Shown here: one piece after another, positions 62,146 through 64,000 of the stretch
How positions within the stretch are numbered: the stretch's first letter is position 1
Layout of the letters: each line of letters begins with the position of its first letter
Origin: an uncultured Mageeibacillus sp.
GTDB lineage: Bacteria > Bacillota > Clostridia > Saccharofermentanales > DTU023
Direction of reading: 5' to 3'
DNA: 64,000 bases
Assembly: GCA_964486135.1 (NCBI GenBank)
Contig: CAZAKT010000005.1
Location: 2,789 to 66,788, forward strand
The notes under the pieces: generated by a model
What the model was told of the DNA's origin: nothing
Databases searched by the model: none
What the model saw: only the letters and a program-made list of their open reading frames with translations
Made by a program: the position numbers and the translations under genes

Positions 62146-64000
62146 GTGACCAACCGCAGGCTCAGACTCCTCTACAGTCCCGATCCTGACGAACTGGTCC
62201 GCACCGTCTTCAAGGAGCTTTCGCGCCACCATACCCAGTGGCCGGATCAACGCGCCTTCATCCTGGTCCCCGAATATCTGAAAGCCGATATGGAGCGTCG
62301 TTACCTGACTGACCAGGAGGCCAAGGGCCTGATGATGGCCGAGCTTCTGTCCTTCAACAGGCTGGGGTCCAGGCTGGCGGGCGAAGCCGGCCGGCAGGCA
62401 GTCCCGACCATCTCGACCGCGGGTAAGGCCGTCCTGGCCCAGAAGGCCCTCCTGGACGACAGCCTCCCCTTCAAGCCTTTCAAGCGGCTGGCGGGAAAAC
62501 CCCGCTATGCGCTTGAACTCGTCAGCATCCTCGGTGATTTCAACCGCTACCGGATCTCGACCGGAGATCTTCGTGCCCCACAGGGGGGGGCGGTCCCTGG
62601 CCAAACCAGGCAGGTGACTCTTGAGAAGCTTGAGGATTTTGCCCTCCTGAAGGAAAGGCTGGACGGAGAGTTGGAGGCACGTGGCCTCGACGACCCGGAT
62701 GAAGGCTTGACCCGACTGGCCCAACTCTTGAATACAAGGCCATTGCCTGGACGTCTCTCCTTTTTGAAGCGGACCCAGGTCTGGATACTGGGCTTCGGTA
62801 ATAACCGGGATTTTACCTCACAGGAGCGCCTGGTCCTGGAGGCGCTGGCGGAAGTGGTGCCCTCCTTGACATTGGCCATTGCGGCGGATTCCCTGGCTAT
62901 TGAAGGTGAACCCGCCTACCGGCTGGGCAGGGAAACGCTCCGGAACCTGAGCCGGATCTTTCCCGGGGCCGAAAAGGAGAAGCTTTCCGGTACAAGGGAC
63001 CAAGGGCCACCCGAGGTCAATTTCATCCGTTCAATCAACAGGCGCGAGGAGGCCCGCTACACAGCCGGGGAAATAAGGAAACTTCTGCTCACCGCCGGAT
63101 TGAGGCGACGCGATATCGGCGTGGCCTTGAGCGAAAGCCAAGAGATAGCCCCTTATCTGGAGTCCGCCTTCGACGACTATGGGATCCAGGCCTACCTGGA
63201 TACGGGCCGCCCCTTGCGAAACGCTTCCTTCATCCGCTTCCTGAACGCCTTCCTGACCCTTTGCAATTACGACTTCACCCTCTCCGATCTGATTGATTAT
63301 TTCAAAAGCGGCCTGGCGGCACATTCCGGCGATCCGGTCGACCGGTTTGAAAATGCGGCCCTGGCCCTGGCTTGGGGGAAGGCAGGGGATTTTCGCGAAA
63401 TGACGGAATCGGATGAGACCTTGAAAGCCGCCATCGCCAGCTACGTCGACCCTGAAACAGAGGAGGGCGAGGATATCCTCTCGGTCCTGGAAGAAGTTAA
63501 GGAACTTTTAGACACGGCCTCAGCCCTCCGGGGGTTTCGGTCGGGACAGGCAAAATGTGACTTCCTTCTCGACTTCCTCCTGGGTGATGGAGCCGGGGAT
63601 GACAGCGATTTTCCAGAGGACTCGCCAGCCGGCCGTGTCTACTCAAGGCGAGACGACCTGCTTGATCAGGACCGGGAGGAAAACGCCCGGCTCCTGGTCT
63701 CTTCCTGGAATGCCGTCATTGACTTTCTCCGGGAGAGTTCGACCCTGCTGGGCGGAGCCCGGATCTCCCAGGCCCATTTCTCTTCTTTGATCCTGGCAGG
63801 TCTAGAAGGTTTGTCCCTCTCCTCCATTCCCGCGGGTATCGATCGCGTCCGCGTCGGGCCCCTCTCCCAGATGGCTGTCTGGCCCTGCAAGGTGCTTTTC
63901 ATCCTTGGCATGACGGATGCTTCCTTTCCACCCGAGTCCAAGGGGGAGGGCTATTTGCTGGATGATGAGAGAATCTTCCTTGCCGAGAAAACGGGCAAAC
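62146..64000 (+). CDS. addB: ATP-dependent helicase/deoxyribonuclease subunit B (AddB/RexB), partial (continues past window end)
   Basis: Not in ORF track (no stop in window). GTG 62146 follows GGGAGGG. My translation VTNRRLRLLYSPDPDELVRTVF...FILVPEYLKADMERRYL...VLFILGMTDASFPPE... stays open to 64000 and matches AddB N-terminal architecture. Confidence 0.8.
   Translation, partial: MTNRRLRLLYSPDPDELVRTVFKELSRHHTQWPDQRAFILVPEYLKADMERRYLTDQEAKGLMMAELLSFNRLGSRLAGEAGRQAVPTISTAGKAVLAQKALLDDSLPFKPFKRLAGKPRYALELVSILGDFNRYRISTGDLRAPQGGAVPGQTRQVTLEKLEDFALLKERLDGELEARGLDDPDEGLTRLAQLLNTRPLPGRLSFLKRTQVWILGFGNNRDFTSQERLVLEALAEVVPSLTLAIAADSLAIEGEPAYRLGRETLRNLSRIFPGAEKEKLSGTRDQGPPEVNFIRSINRREEARYTAGEIRKLLLTAGLRRRDIGVALSESQEIAPYLESAFDDYGIQAYLDTGRPLRNASFIRFLNAFLTLCNYDFTLSDLIDYFKSGLAAHSGDPVDRFENAALALAWGKAGDFREMTESDETLKAAIASYVDPETEEGEDILSVLEEVKELLDTASALRGFRSGQAKCDFLLDFLLGDGAGDDSDFPEDSPAGRVYSRRDDLLDQDREENARLLVSSWNAVIDFLRESSTLLGGARISQAHFSSLILAGLEGLSLSSIPAGIDRVRVGPLSQMAVWPCKVLFILGMTDASFPPESKGEGYLLDDERIFLAEKTGK

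Noticed and set aside
1-64000. CRISPR arrays, rRNA/tRNA genes, transposases, integrases, prophage or defence-system genes
   Set aside because: No regularly spaced direct repeats, no recognisable mobile-element or defence-domain proteins, and no tRNA-like structure in any intergenic gap. I report their absence rather than force a call.

Overview
This 64-kb window looks like the chromosome of a moderately high-GC Firmicute, probably a Clostridia-type anaerobe. Support: veg-ispE synteny, GGAGG Shine-Dalgarno sites, lipoboxes and TGn extended -10 promoters. I call 53 protein-coding genes, two of them partial at the window edges. I saw no rRNA or tRNA, no CRISPR array and no transposase or integrase. 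Positions 1-50 kb are almost entirely minus strand; 50-64 kb is plus strand. Gene blocks in order: (1) housekeeping genes: a partial P-loop/Asp23 fusion, yebC, yigZ, serS, resA-like/ccdA, yitT, LCP, dtd, ispE, veg and mnmA. (2) An A+T-richer islet with an XRE regulator and an unknown 336-aa protein. (3) An aminotransferase, a FucI-like protein and an acyl-CoA synthetase. (4) A selenium-dependent molybdenum-hydroxylase cluster of the E. coli ygeW-ygfK-xdhD type (anaerobic purine/urate catabolism), split into two arms. (5) The block that splits it: a lower-GC sugar ABC transporter, two Gfo/Idh/MocA enzymes, an M42 peptidase and an FGGY kinase. (6) TVP38, GT2, a LytS-type kinase with a REC-SARP regulator, a Tim44-like protein and pdxS. 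(7) rex, a HydS-type sensory [FeFe]-hydrogenase and a PP2C phosphatase. (8) A selenium-utilisation locus, selD(Sec)-yedE-yedF-DUF3343-selA-selB, followed by partial addB. Most worth a second look: selD carries an in-frame UGA (Sec) that the ORF track misses. A MocA-like pseudo-enzyme is fused to a ModE-type HTH, with an internal G9 tract, at the end of the hydroxylase operon. A promoter-driven, roughly 380-nt structured region of unassigned identity lies upstream of mnmA. A perfect 20+20-bp inverted repeat covers the rex promoter and RBS. A terminator-containing leader precedes a pdxS that has no pdxT. The HydS-PP2C module has no visible partner proteins. I found nothing I can defend as a wholly new multi-gene system, and the interest scores reflect that.
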